Shown here in pieces: positions 1-12,700 of a DNA stretch of 63,905 bases. The stretch lies in NCBI GenBank assembly GCA_030265395.1, contig JARFYF010000061.1, positions 18,950,002-19,013,906 on the forward strand, read 5' to 3'. The DNA comes from Rhina ancylostomus (Eukaryota). The translations under genes and the position numbers were made by a program. A model generated the notes under the pieces. That model saw only the letters and a program-made list of their open reading frames with translations, had not been told where the DNA came from and did not search any database. The first letter of the stretch is position 1; each line of letters starts with the position of its first letter.

Positions 1-1146
1 CCCAGTCATCCTCCTGTTCTTCACATATGAGTAGAAAGCCTTGGGGTTTTCATTAATCCTACTTGCCAAGGCCTCACCCGATGATCTTTTTCCTGCCTCT
101 ATGGGACAAACCAATCCAGAAACCCATGCGTGATCTCTAAACAATATCCACATTTCCATTGTGCATTTCCCTGAATATATCTGCTCCCAATTTACACTCT
201 CAAATTCCTGCCTAATAGCATCATAATTCCCCTTCCTCCAATTAAATGCGTTCCCATACCATCTGTTCCTATCCCTCTCCAAGACAAGAGTAAAGGTCAG
301 GCAGTTGTGGTCACTGTCTCTGAAATGCTTATCCACCAAGAGATCTGATACCTGGCCAGGTTTATTGTCTAGCACCAGATCCAGAATGGCTTCTCTTCTA
401 GTCGGCCTGTCTACATACTGTGTCAGGGATCCTTCCTGGACACACCTAACAAATTCTGCCCCATCCAAAGCTTTTGCACTAAGGAGGTAATATTAATCAA
501 TATCAGAGAAATTGAAATCACCCATGACAATAACCCTGTTATTTTTGTATCTCTCCAGTATCTGCCTCCTGATCTGTTCCTCAGTGTCCCTGTTGCTCCC
601 TTCCTGTTTCTGACCTCCACCCACACTGACTCAGTAGACAATCCCTCCAGGACGTCTTCTCTTTCTGCAGCTGTAATACTAATCCTGATTAGCAATGCCA
701 CTCCCCCACCTCTTTTATCTCCCTCCATGTCCTTTTTCAAACATCTAAACCCTGGAACATCCAGCAGCCATTCCTGCCCTTGTGACAGCCAAGCCTCTGT
801 AATGGCCACAACATCGCAGTTCCATGCACTGACCCATGCTTTAAGTTCATCACCCTTGTTCCTGATACTTCTTGCATTAAAATAGACACACTTCAATCCA
901 TCCAACTGACTGCAATATTGCCCAGTTAAATGCTTATCCTTCCTCACAGTCTCTCTACACACTGCATCAACCTGTATACTAACTGCTCCATCCTCTGACC
1001 TGTCACTTGGGTTCCCATCCCCCGCCAAACTAATTTAAACCCTCCGCAACAGTTCTAGCAAACCTGCCTGCAAGGATTTTGGTTCCCCTCCAGCTCAGGT
1101 GTAACCTGTCCCTTTTGTACAGGTCATACCTTCCCCAAAAGAGATC
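1..1146 (-). mobile_element. CR1-clade LINE fragment: ORF1 C-terminus (SGNH esterase-like), ORF1 stop, ORF2 APE endonuclease (disrupted)
   Basis: ORF 423..1028(-) reads LKCVYFNARSIRNKGDELKAW...DVVAITEAWL...GGGVALLIR...TESVWVEVRNRKG, typical of the CR1 APE. 1030-1146(-) reads DLFWGRYDLYKRDRLHLSWRGTKILAGRFARTVAEGLN*, typical of the CR1 ORF1 end. Frameshifted downstream; runs off the window start. Confidence 0.93.
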
Positions 1147-1780
1147 ATTGGCAATGTTTAACAAAGTTGTTATTGCATCCTCAATTTGGTAAGGAAGTGA
1201 ACATTAAGGAAAAGAGTGCAATGAGTAAGATTAAACTTTTAAAAACACTTATTTATTAAATGTATTTATTGACTTTGTTGATATGGATAAATATTTTGTA
1301 AAAAGTATCCTCCTTCATAAAGTTTGTTGTCTCCTTGATGAACTTCTCCTGGATATGGCAAACATTTATAAAGCTTTGCTGCATGATGCAACTCCTCTTT
1401 CTCCAAGAACTTTATGTATTCTCAATTATTCTGTAGTTTTTCACTATCACTGACACTGTCATTATGGATGCATTAAGTTGGGTTCAAAACCATGGAGACA
1501 ATATCTCTATCTCTCATCTGGAAGACCACGGGTCCGTCAACACTGCAGTTCAACCAAATCATGATGTCATTGACAATTTGGCCCTTGGTCACTGCATTAT
1601 TCACACCCTGTTACACTTCTCCTGTTTCTCACCTCTCACCTGAAATTTTAAAACCTTTGACATTGTCAAACGCAATATAGCCATAAGTTATGCAGGGCAT
1701 ATTATAATGTTGTTTGTGTCACTGACTCCCACGTTCACATGGGAGTCAGTAACACAATATTGATTTGAAGACCCATTGCA

Positions 1781-1880
1781 AGTTCTGATGAAGGTGGGTC
1801 GTCAACCTGAAACATTAACTCTGTTTCTCTTTCCACAGATGCTGCCTGACCTGCTGAGTGTTTCCAGCATTTTCCAATTT
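1781..1880 (+). mobile_element. Penelope-like terminal repeat fragment with minimal hammerhead ribozyme motif
   Basis: agtt-CTGATGA-aggt..acct-GAAAC-att-aact followed by the family signature ccacagatgctgcctgacctgctgagtgtttccagc, repeated many times in the window. Confidence 0.75.
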
Positions 1881-3459
1881 TATTATGTGGGAGTACTGTT
1901 TTGTCAACTGAGGCAGAACAATTGAGTAGGGGTGGGGTGGGAAAAGAGTGGCATAAGGTTTTATTCCTTCTGATAAAAATATGCATATGCCTCAATGTTA
2001 ACATATGAATATGTGTACATATTGAACTGCCATTTAATCAGGTAAATCAAACATCAGCAATTTTTAAAGGTTATATGAACCTTCCTAGTGTAGGCCTTGT
2101 CTACTTTGATTGAGGAGGCTTTAATGAAGACAATTATTCCATTCTCACCTTCAAGATTGGCCAGATATGTTAGATAAGAAGGGATGCTAATTTTCAAGCC
2201 ATATTAACTAAAGGGAATTAAGCATTTCCTCATTTTGGATTCTGCATGAATTAGGCCAAAATTTGGAATTAACACATCAGGGGAATTATGTGTTAATTTT
2301 TTTATCTGATTAAATGTAAGCCAGAGGCACTAATTAAACAATGATACACATCCACTTGCATCCTGGTTTAAAGTGAGTCGAGGTAACATGCTGATATTAC
2401 TAACCATGTACAAACAATGTTCCAACCTAACTCATTAATGAAGAAGCATGATTAATTAAGTGAGAATATGGGACTCAAGTTATTAAGAATAGAGGGAGAT
2501 TTCAGGTCAAAGAGACGTCGGTCCAAAAAAGTAGGACCATAAAATTGTATTTGATGGAGAGGAATTAAGGTGCTTAGTTCAGCCTAGAGGGTCAGTGGAA
2601 ATTGTGGGAGGATGTAATAAGAATGTCTTCTTCAGATAGGGATAAATCACAGGATTATAAAATAAATTCACGATGAACACCATATGGAGGAAATATAAAT
2701 ATTAAATGTTGGGGAGTATTAAGCAACTGAATTTGGTTAGCTTTAGACAAAGTAATACATTAACAGCACAAGAAATAAATGATAGTTTCCTGGTTAAATG
2801 CGCATTTGGAGTATTGCTGAGTAATGTATGATGATTGGTTCAGTTTCCTCAATCCTATTTCCTGTCAGTTGCCCAGCTACTGAACTATTACCCTAACATG
2901 TACTTCACTGGCTTGATTCATGATTGAAAAATTGCCAGAAGTCATACGCAGAATAGGATTTGAACAACTGTATCCAGCCTGTGTACACTCCTGTACCGTG
3001 CCCATACCAGGTGGTGTGTTGACAAGACAATTAGGTGATTAATTTCCTGCTGAGTACAATTTTTAAATCGATTATACTTGTTTAATCAGTGCAATGCTAA
3101 TCTCAATAAAATTGTTCAGAGGATGCATTTGTTAAGATCTACCCAGCAGGGTGATAACATTTATAATGTATCAGCTCCATTAACACCTTGAGTGACTTTA
3201 ATTTGGTTTTCACAACTATATGTACATTATATTTAAAAAGGTGGACATGCATAGAATCCTTTTGTATTCCTAATGTAAAATAGTATCAAAGTTTTAATAT
3301 GTTCACTGTGTAATCCATCACTGATTTAAGCTAATCAATCCTGTAATGCCTCCTGTTGTGGAAAAGGTTAAATGGTGAATTTTGAAGGGTTAATTTTACA
3401 GCCTGCCACTAGAATCAGTGATACTGCTCATAAAGAAGAAGTTCAGTGTGCCCCACACC

Positions 3460-3665
3460 TAAAACAGTTTATCTGGTCACTTATTGCTGTTTGGGGACAT
3501 TGGTTGCGAAGTGATGTGTGCTATCCTCAGATTGTGAATGNNNNNNNNNNNNNNNNNNNNNNNNNNNNNNNNNNNNNNNNNNNNNNNNNNNNNNNNNNNN
3601 NNNNNNNNNNNNNNNNNNNNNNNNNNNNNNNNNNNNNNNNAATGGCACTATATAAGTACAAATCA
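3460..3665 (+). mobile_element. Deu-domain SINE 3' part (SacSINE1-like), spans a gap
   Basis: aaaacagtttatctggtcacttattgctgtttggggac...ggcactatataagtacaa resembles the DeuSINE 3' region and the copy at 7590-7870. Confidence 0.55.
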
Positions 3666-4770
3666 TCTACACACACATATCTTGCTGAGCAATGATTCTA
3701 TGAGGAAGTGGTAAAACTGCAGTGCAGATATTGGTTCTTGACTGATTTTTCTAAATGTGCATTTGGATGATGAATCTGAACTGAAGTCTGCTCCTGAAAT
3801 TCAGGTCCATGTGTGACTGAGAATGAATTTCTATTTGCTGTGCTTCAGCCCAGGCAGGATGATAGCGCCTGGGGGACTCTAATTGCTATCAATAGCAAGT
3901 ATCAATGTCGACTTATCTACCACTTCTCTACATTTGTACTAAAATACCCTTCCCAAAGTAAGCTAATATCTCAAATCATGTTGAATTTTTGAGTATTTTA
4001 GAACAGCAATTGACTAAAATTTGCAACAATTTGAATATAAAATACCCTGTGGTGCATCTTTCTGGGGATGGTCGAACAGGAGGATTCATGATGGATGGAT
4101 AACTATAAAGGGCGTATGTGGGAACAGCAAATAATTATGGAGCCTATGCCCATAATATTTATGAGGAGATGGTTGTGGAGCAGAACATCATTGGCAGGGA
4201 TACCTCAAACACCAGGAAGTCCTGGCTTCTGAATTTAATGACAGAATATAAATGGATTTCATGACCTTTCTGTCCAGCAGCTGGTCAAAATTCAAAGCAA
4301 AACTGACTTTTAGGTGGGAAAGTCTGTGGCCGAAAATAGCAGGTGGGAACCCAAGCTGAGAAGGGTTTCACGTATTATGCTTGGTGGAGAGGAAGTGAGA
4401 GGTGGTGCTTGAACCAAGGTGGAGAAAAGGTTGAGTGAGGTTGTAGGAAAAGGAAGATATTGACTACTGGGGACAGAGCAGTTCAGGGGTTGGAGATCAC
4501 AGAAGGGGGTAAGGGAGACAGAACGATAGATATAATTGGTTTGTGCTGTGAATTGAGGTCAAATTTCACATCTTTCCCAATCCAAACCTACCCTTCCCAA
4601 GCCTTTCTTACTCATTGTAAGTGGAGATGGGATGATTCCCCAACTCTGCTTCCAAATTTATGCCTATTGTGTATCAATTGATGAAAATAATTAATTAATA
4701 ATTAATCATTTTTGCTGTAACATTTAAACACCAGGATAATAAAAGGCAAACTACAATGATCTAACATTTG

Positions 4771-5127
4771 ATCATAGAGTTATACAGATATAGAGCATGG
4801 AAACTAGTTTTTGGACCCGTTGAGTCCACACCAACATCAACCACCTATTCTCACTACTCCTATGTTAATCCTATTTTTTTATTCTGTCCACATACTCATG
4901 AACTCAAATTTTACCATTTACCTATATACCAGAGACAATTTACAGCAGCCAATTAACCTATCAACCCACACATCTTCGGGACGTGGGAAGAAATCCGAGC
5001 ACCCGGAGGAAACCCACGTGATCACAGTGAGAATGCGTAAATTCCACATGGGCAGCACCAAATGTCAGGATTGAACCCCAGTCTTTGGTGCTGTGAGGCA
5101 ATGACTCTACCAGCTGCAACACTGCCT
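4771..5127 (-). mobile_element. tRNA-derived V-SINE (HE1-like), near full length
   Basis: Minus strand has an A-box-like head (ggcagtgttgcagctggtagag), B box GGTTCAATCC, V domain gtgggtttcctccgggtgctcggatttcttcccac and a CR1-like 3' tail. Confidence 0.88.
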
Positions 5128-6109
5128 TATCCCTTTTGATCTTCCACCTTTTGCAAAGAGATTTATGTTCATGGTCAAGGAGATAGATTTTGGGAAGGTT
5201 CTTATGTTATCATTAGGAAAGTGAAACAGTATTTACCCGGAGGTGTTGAGCAAAAATTTGTTTGAAAACATTCCCACTGCAAGTTTATGAGAACTTAATT
5301 ATTTCCCTATTAACTCTGGCCTTTAACCAACAAAGATAAAGTTAGGCAAGAATTAGATAAAGCTTGTAGATACATCAGTTTCTTTTTCTTTGATTTTTGA
5401 AAAAAATTGTTCATAAATTTCCCAAAGTAGTTCTCAGTATGAAAATTATTCTTTGGAATTATTTTGTGTTTTATAGTCTTTAAAAAGACATACAGGGCTG
5501 GTCAAATACTGGTAAAAATGGCTTATCAAAACATCAGGCACAACCCCTTCAAGGATTCAAGGGACAGAGGGTAAATGCCAGTGGCTTATATCCATATCAC
5601 CAGGAGTGTACCTTCTTTTTCAGTGCAATTAAGGCTGGGTGTTAAATGCCAACTTTCCTGGTAACATCTGCAAACTGACATTGAATAAACAGAAACACAG
5701 TTCTAATTGGGATGAGAAGAACTTTGGACCTTACAAAACCATAAGTAATTCTGGCATAAGACCAGGGCTCTGACATATTTAGTATTGACTTCCATGGTTT
5801 ATTGTTGTATTCCCAATGAAAGAGATCATAAGGATTCTATATTAATTCACATACTGCACTATGTTTGGAAAAGAGGTGTGAGTCTATTATTAATATTCAA
5901 TAATAATAATAAAATTATTATTAATATTGTGAAAATATGAACATAAACCATGATCTAATATTATAATTATATTGAAAGGGAATGATTCATTAAATTTAGC
6001 TCTGCTGATATTTTCATATCTGCACAAATAGGCAGAACATTTTATAACCAATGTATAATCTTGTACATCCATTTCCACAGTGAAGAAGTACACACTCCAT
6101 GGATTGCTT

Positions 6110-6655
6110 TACCAGAAAATGCTGGAGGTGTTCCTCAGTTCAGGTAGCATCATGGAGATAGAAACAGAGTTAATGTTTCAGGTCAATGACCTTTCAGTTG
6201 AACTGGAAGAATAAGGAAGGAAACAAGTTCTGAGTTGCAGAGAAGGAGGAGGCGTGGAGAGAATGGAAGTGGGTGGAGATCAAAATCTAGATGCACGAAA
6301 GGTGTTGGCTTTGTCTGAAAGAGGGTGGTGAAAATGAGTTAATCACAGCTAATCTGTCTGGTGGGGATCCAAATAAAGGGCATTGAGTGAGGCAGCAGGA
6401 GAAAAAAAATAGACAAACAATGCAAATTGTAACAGGTGATGGAAGTCTGAAATCAAAGGGAATATTGGAAATAGTCAACAGGTCAGGTAGCATTTGCAGA
6501 GAGAGATAAACTGAGATCATGTGACAGTTTGGTGACCAGCTCTGACAGAATCAGGAAAAGCTGGACATCAGGAATCATTGAATTCACTATTGAATCCCAA
6601 AGGTTGCAACTCATTTTCTGTTTTTATTTCAGATTTACAACATTTGCAGGTATTT
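6110..6655. mobile_element. Decayed Penelope-like element with inverted terminal repeat arms
   Basis: Minus-orientation arms at about 6110-6210 and 6440-6520, a purine-rich spacer, and a plus-orientation end ttttctgtttttatttcagatttacaacatttgcag at about 6613-6650. Confidence 0.6.
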
Positions 6656-7589
6656 TTTTTTTGGCTTTTGATAATCATGTTTCTGCCATCTATTTTATGA
6701 TTCTCTCACCTTTTCATTCTGCTTTCTGGCCATTACATTCTAATTCCAAACCATTGGACCATCACTTCAATTACATCAATGAACTCGACAGTTGTATGTC
6801 TCTATCAGTTTAAATTCTTGTTTTACTCTTGCTTCTCTTGTGATACAGAAGACCCCAGTCATGACTAATACTAACTTCTTTTACTTCTTGTGATATTTTA
6901 TCACATTCTTATTTTTCACCTAGAAATAACTTAACAACTTAAGACTGAAGGTAAAGAGAAGTTACAAATGTTTTGCAGATACCCACACACTACCCTCACC
7001 ACACCAGACCCCAACCACTTTTGAAAGCAAGTTGGGCATTCATGGAAATATAGAGTGAGATCATCTCCAACCAGAGATCACATCCATCTTCTCTGCAAAA
7101 CCAGGTGAGGTCCTCACTCCAGAAGTCAATTACAGCTTTAGGCTCACTGAAAGTGAAAAGTTATATACTTGACTGCTAAAGTCTTAGTACAGGAAAAAAA
7201 ATCAGCCTTGTATTATAAACATGTCAATTAGATTAGTTTAATAGCAGCTGAGTTTGAGTATAACTGCCTTGCACAACATATTATTCTAAATGTGTGCAAT
7301 CATTTCCATAACCATTCTTAAATTGATCATGTGCACTTACTTACTCTAGTTCACTCCATGATATTTTTCCCTGGGTATCCCTCATTCTCCCCTGATTGTC
7401 TTGTCTTCCATTTGGAAACCTTTCCTTCAGTATTTAACATTGGTTATTAGAATAAGGAAAAAAGAATGAGGCATCTCATCCCTTCCATGTTAAACTGTAA
7501 ATACATGTAATCATTTTACATATTATAGCAAGGGTACAACATATTTAAGTCTTTCTTTCTTATAACTTTAAAAAAAATACAAAGAAAAT

Positions 7590-7870
7590 ACTTCATCAGC
7601 AATAAGTACTTCTGAAGTCTAGTAATGTAGGAAAAGTAATAGTCAATTTGTACAGAGCAAGGCCCTATGAACAGCAATGCAATGATGATTTGGTAATCTG
7701 CTTTTGAAACAATGTTAGTTGAGGGAAATATCAAAGTGGAGAATTCTGCTGTTCTTTGAATAATGACATAGGATCTTTAACATCTACCTGAGAGAGATGA
7801 CAGGTTCTTGGTGTAACATCTGCTCCTAAAGTCCACCCTCCCCCCGACAGTGCAGCGCTCTCTCAGTACC
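7590..7870 (-). mobile_element. Deu-domain SINE (SacSINE1/AmnSINE1-related)
   Basis: Plus-strand ggatctttaacatctacctgagagag...ccgacagtgcagcgctctctcagtac and aagtacttctgaagt...aatgtaggaaa...caatttgtacagagcaagg are the reverse complement of the Deu domain and its 3' region. Confidence 0.75.
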
Positions 7871-8279
7871 ATATATACTGTCTATTGATTTTTGGATTTC
7901 TCACTCCTGCTGGCTTTTTGGCTGCCAATCTCCCTGTCACTAAAGCTTTTAAATTACATAATATGGAAAAACAGTAGACATTAAACAGTTAGTGTTATAA
8001 TTTATCCTAAGAGGGTAACAGAGAGTCTTTTGTACGTGTGGTATTGAAGGCAGCATGGATGGACTGAATGCACCCAAACACTTTTCAATCACGCTCCTAG
8101 GAGAGGACAATAAATAAGCTTGAAGATGATCAATCCAAACTAATGTTATACATTTGCAGGTATAAATGACACTTGATCAACATGGCTTGATTTGGCAAAG
8201 CAGATAGAGATTCCAGAATGTATGAATTGGTGGAACCTCCAAATTACTGGAAATAAGTGTAGAGACAATCATATGGAAT

Positions 8280-8405
8280 TGAGAAAGAGAAAGGGCATGG
8301 ATAATTTGAAAGGCGTTCAGTGAATAAGTTGCAAAGAAAAAGAAAGAAAGAGTGGAAGGGAAGAAGAAAGGGAGAGAAATAAAGAAAAATGGAAAGAAAA
8401 AGTAA
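8280..8405 (+). repeat. Purine-rich low-complexity tract
   Basis: Almost pure A/G run (aagaaaaagaaagaaagagtggaagggaagaagaaagggagag...). Confidence 0.7.
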
Positions 8406-8879
8406 ATGAAGTATAATGCAGTCAAGTTAAACAATTGTTACTTGTTTTAACATCATTCCTTATACATATTCTTGAAAGTTTAAAAGGGTACATAGACACA
8501 GTGGTTAGAATTAGGATTAAAGGAACACAATGTGGCAGCTTGTCAAACTTCATGTAAATTCATGTTTAAAGCTAATTTTCCTGAAGCGAGCTCAATCAGG
8601 ATTCTGTGTCAGCTTAGCATTATAAGGTATCATCATTTCAAATGAAGGATCATTGGAGACATATTTATCACGAAGTGGGCTGCTTAGCAATTCACCAGAC
8701 ATAGCAAATGGCCCCCACCGTCTGTACCCTTTGTGGGTTCTCAGTCAGTACTATGCAGACAGTGGGATGTAATACACAGGAAACCCAGAGCACTCTGAAC
8801 GGTTATTTGAGATTCTTTTTGACTTCCGTTACTGTATCATTGCTGCTTGCATTGACCTTGTTGGTGCTGCATCCATTTC

Positions 8880-9700
8880 AGGACTGTTAAAGGAGATTTC
8901 TTTGTTCTCTTCATTTATGTTTCATGTCAAATCTTCATCAACCAAAGTAAGGCACACTTCTGGAGGACTCTTAAACAATGTCTTCCTCAGTACTTTCTTG
9001 ATTATCTCGCAATGAGATGAAGTGATCATATGAACTTTTCTAAATCTCTCACCAACTTTCATGAACTAACGCTTGGAAATGTATATCTCCACAACTTCTC
9101 CAACATGCTAAGTTCTCATCCCTAAACTGCCTGGTGCTCTCTGCATGTGAATCTTATTATGTAATCTGAATTTTCTAAAGTTGGAGCATTTGTCATGATA
9201 ATTGGGCCATTTCAACTGCCTTGCTTCCATATTCCCTTCCACATGGGGTCATGCTGTTGGTGACTGTGATCAACAGTTTTGGAATACTGTGGACTTGCTG
9301 GTTAGCTCTTCCAGATGCTTGTCTATATCAGGCAGATACCATTTCTCTCTTGCCTTCAATTTTGGTTGTATTGTTTATCCTGATAAAGGGCTCTCACACT
9401 TTATAACAGGATGCAAGGTTACTGAAAGAGTTATTTTTACAGTCTGCTGACTTCTTCAGCAGCCCTGCTTTAACAATTGAGCATCCTGACTTGACAATCC
9501 TAGACACAAGCCTTTACTTCTTCCATGCTTAAGTCTGCACTTGAGTCCTATGGCTTCCGATCTTCACCTTGAAATTACTTAGACTCACCCATCAAATGTG
9601 AGTGTGTAGCCCCTCGATGCTTTCAATGACTTCACAACTTCAGGAAACTTTCTTTCTGATCCTTGCTGTCTGTCTGATGGCTATAAACTTTATTGAGTCT
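8880..9700 (-). mobile_element. Decayed Gypsy/Ty3 LTR retrotransposon pol (integrase N-terminal region)
   Basis: About 9371-9273(-) translates IQPKLKAREKWYLPDIDKHLEELTSKSTVFQNC*, resembling the integrase zinc-binding segment K.RAR..xWWPGID..IEE.V..C..CQ. Many stops; boundaries uncertain. Confidence 0.5.
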
Positions 9701-12700
9701 TATTACAGTAAGGTGAATAATGTACGGAGTATCATGAAGGAAACATAATGGTCTATTTAAGGTTGTTCTTAGGCCGCATACTTAGACAAATGACGTACAA
9801 CATGATCAAATATGTTGCAAATGACATTGCACTTATCGAATATATAACTCATAATAACAGGAACCTAAGGGCGTCACAAATCTCTTTGGAACTTGGCCAT
9901 AAGAAACCATCAAGAGTAATAAAATGTTACCCCAAAAAAAAATAACCTCGCGATGGAAGGAAGTTAAACGTTTTATTATGACTTCCATGGAGCTACTCCA
10001 TAGATATAATGAGTGCGTTTGTTTCCACAAGATCTAAGTAAGTAAGGGATCCAGATCTGTTTCACGTTGCAATATTGATTTGCCACAGTGGTAAACAATC
10101 CTAACCAATGTGTTATCTCAAAAGAAAAAGCTGCTCATCACTCTAAACGTAGCTGGGACCTCTTGCAAATGAACATCTGACATCCCCATGTCCCAAATCA
10201 CTGAGTTTCTTCCACCCACCTAAACTGGGTTTCCTGTTCTCTCTGTGATACTCAAGTCCTGAACTCCAGTTCCCCCACCCCTTGAACTTTATCCCTTGAC
10301 CTCTCCTAAGCCCTGACTGAAGCTTCTGTTGACATCCAGTTACCCCCATTCCTCACAATTGTCCCCATCTACTTACCTGCATACTTTCATTCTACAGTGG
10401 TGTCTTTATTATGATAAGGTCCAAACTTGGTGTCATTTGTCATGCTGATCCCAAAACTAAGTCCAAAGGGACTTAACAGCTCAAATGCGGTAACCCACCC
10501 AATGCTAAATTTCTGCAATGGGTGCAAACCATGTTGCCCAGAAGCAGAAGTCTCTGTCTGAATGAGAACAAGGGATTTAGACCACCAAAGCTGCAGAGTG
10601 GATTCTCCACACAAGAGTCACAGGATAGGCACTAGCTTGGAGTGGCAGCCGTGAAGAATTTTAAGAAAAGCCAAGACATGAAAGGGCACATGAACTGTTA
10701 GTTTTAATGGATGGCTATTTTTAAGGATGTAGCTCAGTATTAGGATTTAATGAAATTAATCCTGAAAACTTTATTCTCTATTAAAGTTATTTTCTATTGG
10801 AAATGTATGCATTATTATAGTGGAGTAAGTCAATGTGAAGAAGAAAGAAGATATCTTAACATCAAAAGCATTGTCCATCCATATACAGGGACAAGATAGT
10901 TAATCAGTTGAAGATAGAGGGGGAGAATTCTNNNNNNNNNNNNNNNNNNNNNNNNNNNNNNNNNNNNNNNNNNNNNNNNNNNNNNNNNNNNNNNNNNNNN
11001 NNNNNNNNNNNNNNNNNNNNNNNNNNNNNNNNNNNNNNNNNNNNNNNNNNNNNNNNNNNNNNNNNNNNNNNNNNNNNNNNNNNNNNNNNNNNNNNNNNNN
11101 NNNNNNNNNNNNNNNNNNNNNNNNNNNNNNNNNNNNNNNNNNNNNNNNNNNNNNNNNNNNNNNNNNNNNNNNNNNNNNNNNNNNNNNNNNNNNNNNNNNN
11201 NNNNNNNNNNNNNNNNNNNNNNNNNNNNNNNNNNNNNNNNNNNNNNNNNNNNNNNNNNNNNNNNNNNNNNNNNNNNNNNNNNNNNNNNNNNNNNNNNNNN
11301 NNNNNNNNNNNNNNNNNNNNNNNNNNNNNNNNNNNNNNNNNNNNNNNNNNNNNNNNNNNNNNNNNNNNNNNNNNNNNNNNNNNNNNNNNNNNNNNNNNNN
11401 NNNNNNNNNNNNNNNNNNNNNNNNNNNNNNNNNNNNNNNNNNNNNNNNNNNNNNNNNNNNNNNNNNNNNNNNNNNNNNNNTGGCCAGTCAAACAACTCAG
11501 CATTAACGTTTGCCACTCTTTACATTGACTAGTGGCTAGATGAGGTGGCACACAGAAGACAAAGCACCACAAAAATTGGCCAATGTCTTATTGTATATGA
11601 AGACATATGTGACAGAAAACAATCCACGATTTATTAAATGACTTTCTGATGCAATGTATTAATTCTTAGTGGTCTTTTTGGATGTCTAGTAGATGGGCAA
11701 TGACCAAAGAAGCTTGATCAGAAAAATCACTGTAAGAAGGTGGTAGAACTTACACTTAAGAAAGATCACTTGTTCACCTAATGGATCAGGCTCAGGGAAG
11801 TCCAAAGTGTATAGTTGTGCCAGAATTTCAGGATGGGCAATAACGGACAAATACAACAAATAACATGGATGAGGGGACATAATAATTAATAATATCCTTA
11901 TATCATGTGAGATACAGGGAATAATGTGAATACAGCACAGAGTAGAGCAGGTTTTCCAAAGGGCAAAATTCAGAAGATATCAATTTAACACTGTGGAAGA
12001 TCATAGGATCATTCTACATGTCCTAGTTTCTGATTGAATCATTAAGCTTAACTTAATGATTTCTCTCTGTACATTCGCCAAGTGAATTTTCAAGTACCTA
12101 ATACCTTATATGAAGGAAAAGTACGGAAGGTTCTACATCTGGAATAGAAGATCCTTAATGCCTCAGTGACTATTTACTGTGGTGATTGTTGCTGAGATAA
12201 TAAGCCTCTCATATGTGCAGTTTACAAGACCTTAAAAGCTTCAGTGAAATTCACTCTTTGTTATGCACGGACCTTATCATTGTGACGTTTGAATAGTCTG
12301 TTGATTGTCACAGCGCAGCTGCCTTCTGCATTTTCTGTACCATCAAGATTGTATTGGCTCAAAAGTCACCGATTTCACGATGAAAACTGCATGAGTCCCG
12401 GCATGAATTTGGACCAGAAGACAGTCAGGAATGATATCATTCTGCACAGAAAAAGAAACACTTCTATCGAGAAGTTGACTATTACTTAGCCCTTGTCACA
12501 GATGAATGATGATAAATTTTGAAGAAAGGCTTAACAGTAAAAGCAAAAAAATTGTCATTGTTAAGTACCCAAGAACCTATTCCTTGGTCATAGCATTGAT
12601 AGTGGAGGAACACAAACCTGAGGAGGTGAAAATTAGTGTAATTTTTCAAAATTCTCACATTATGAGTTGAGCTTGTTCTGTTGGCTAATAGAAAATTTAT

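Noticed and set aside
5040-5127. tRNA-like A/B boxes
   Set aside because: Head of a V-SINE; no cloverleaf, so not a tRNA gene.
9748-10100. Possible hAT transposase remnant
   Set aside because: Only vague motif echoes; not supportable without a search.
10830-11572. Long ORFs of 206-228 aa (also 36686-37744, 3372-3695, 40691-40933, 47806-48076)
   Set aside because: They are open only because they run through N gaps; assembly artefacts.
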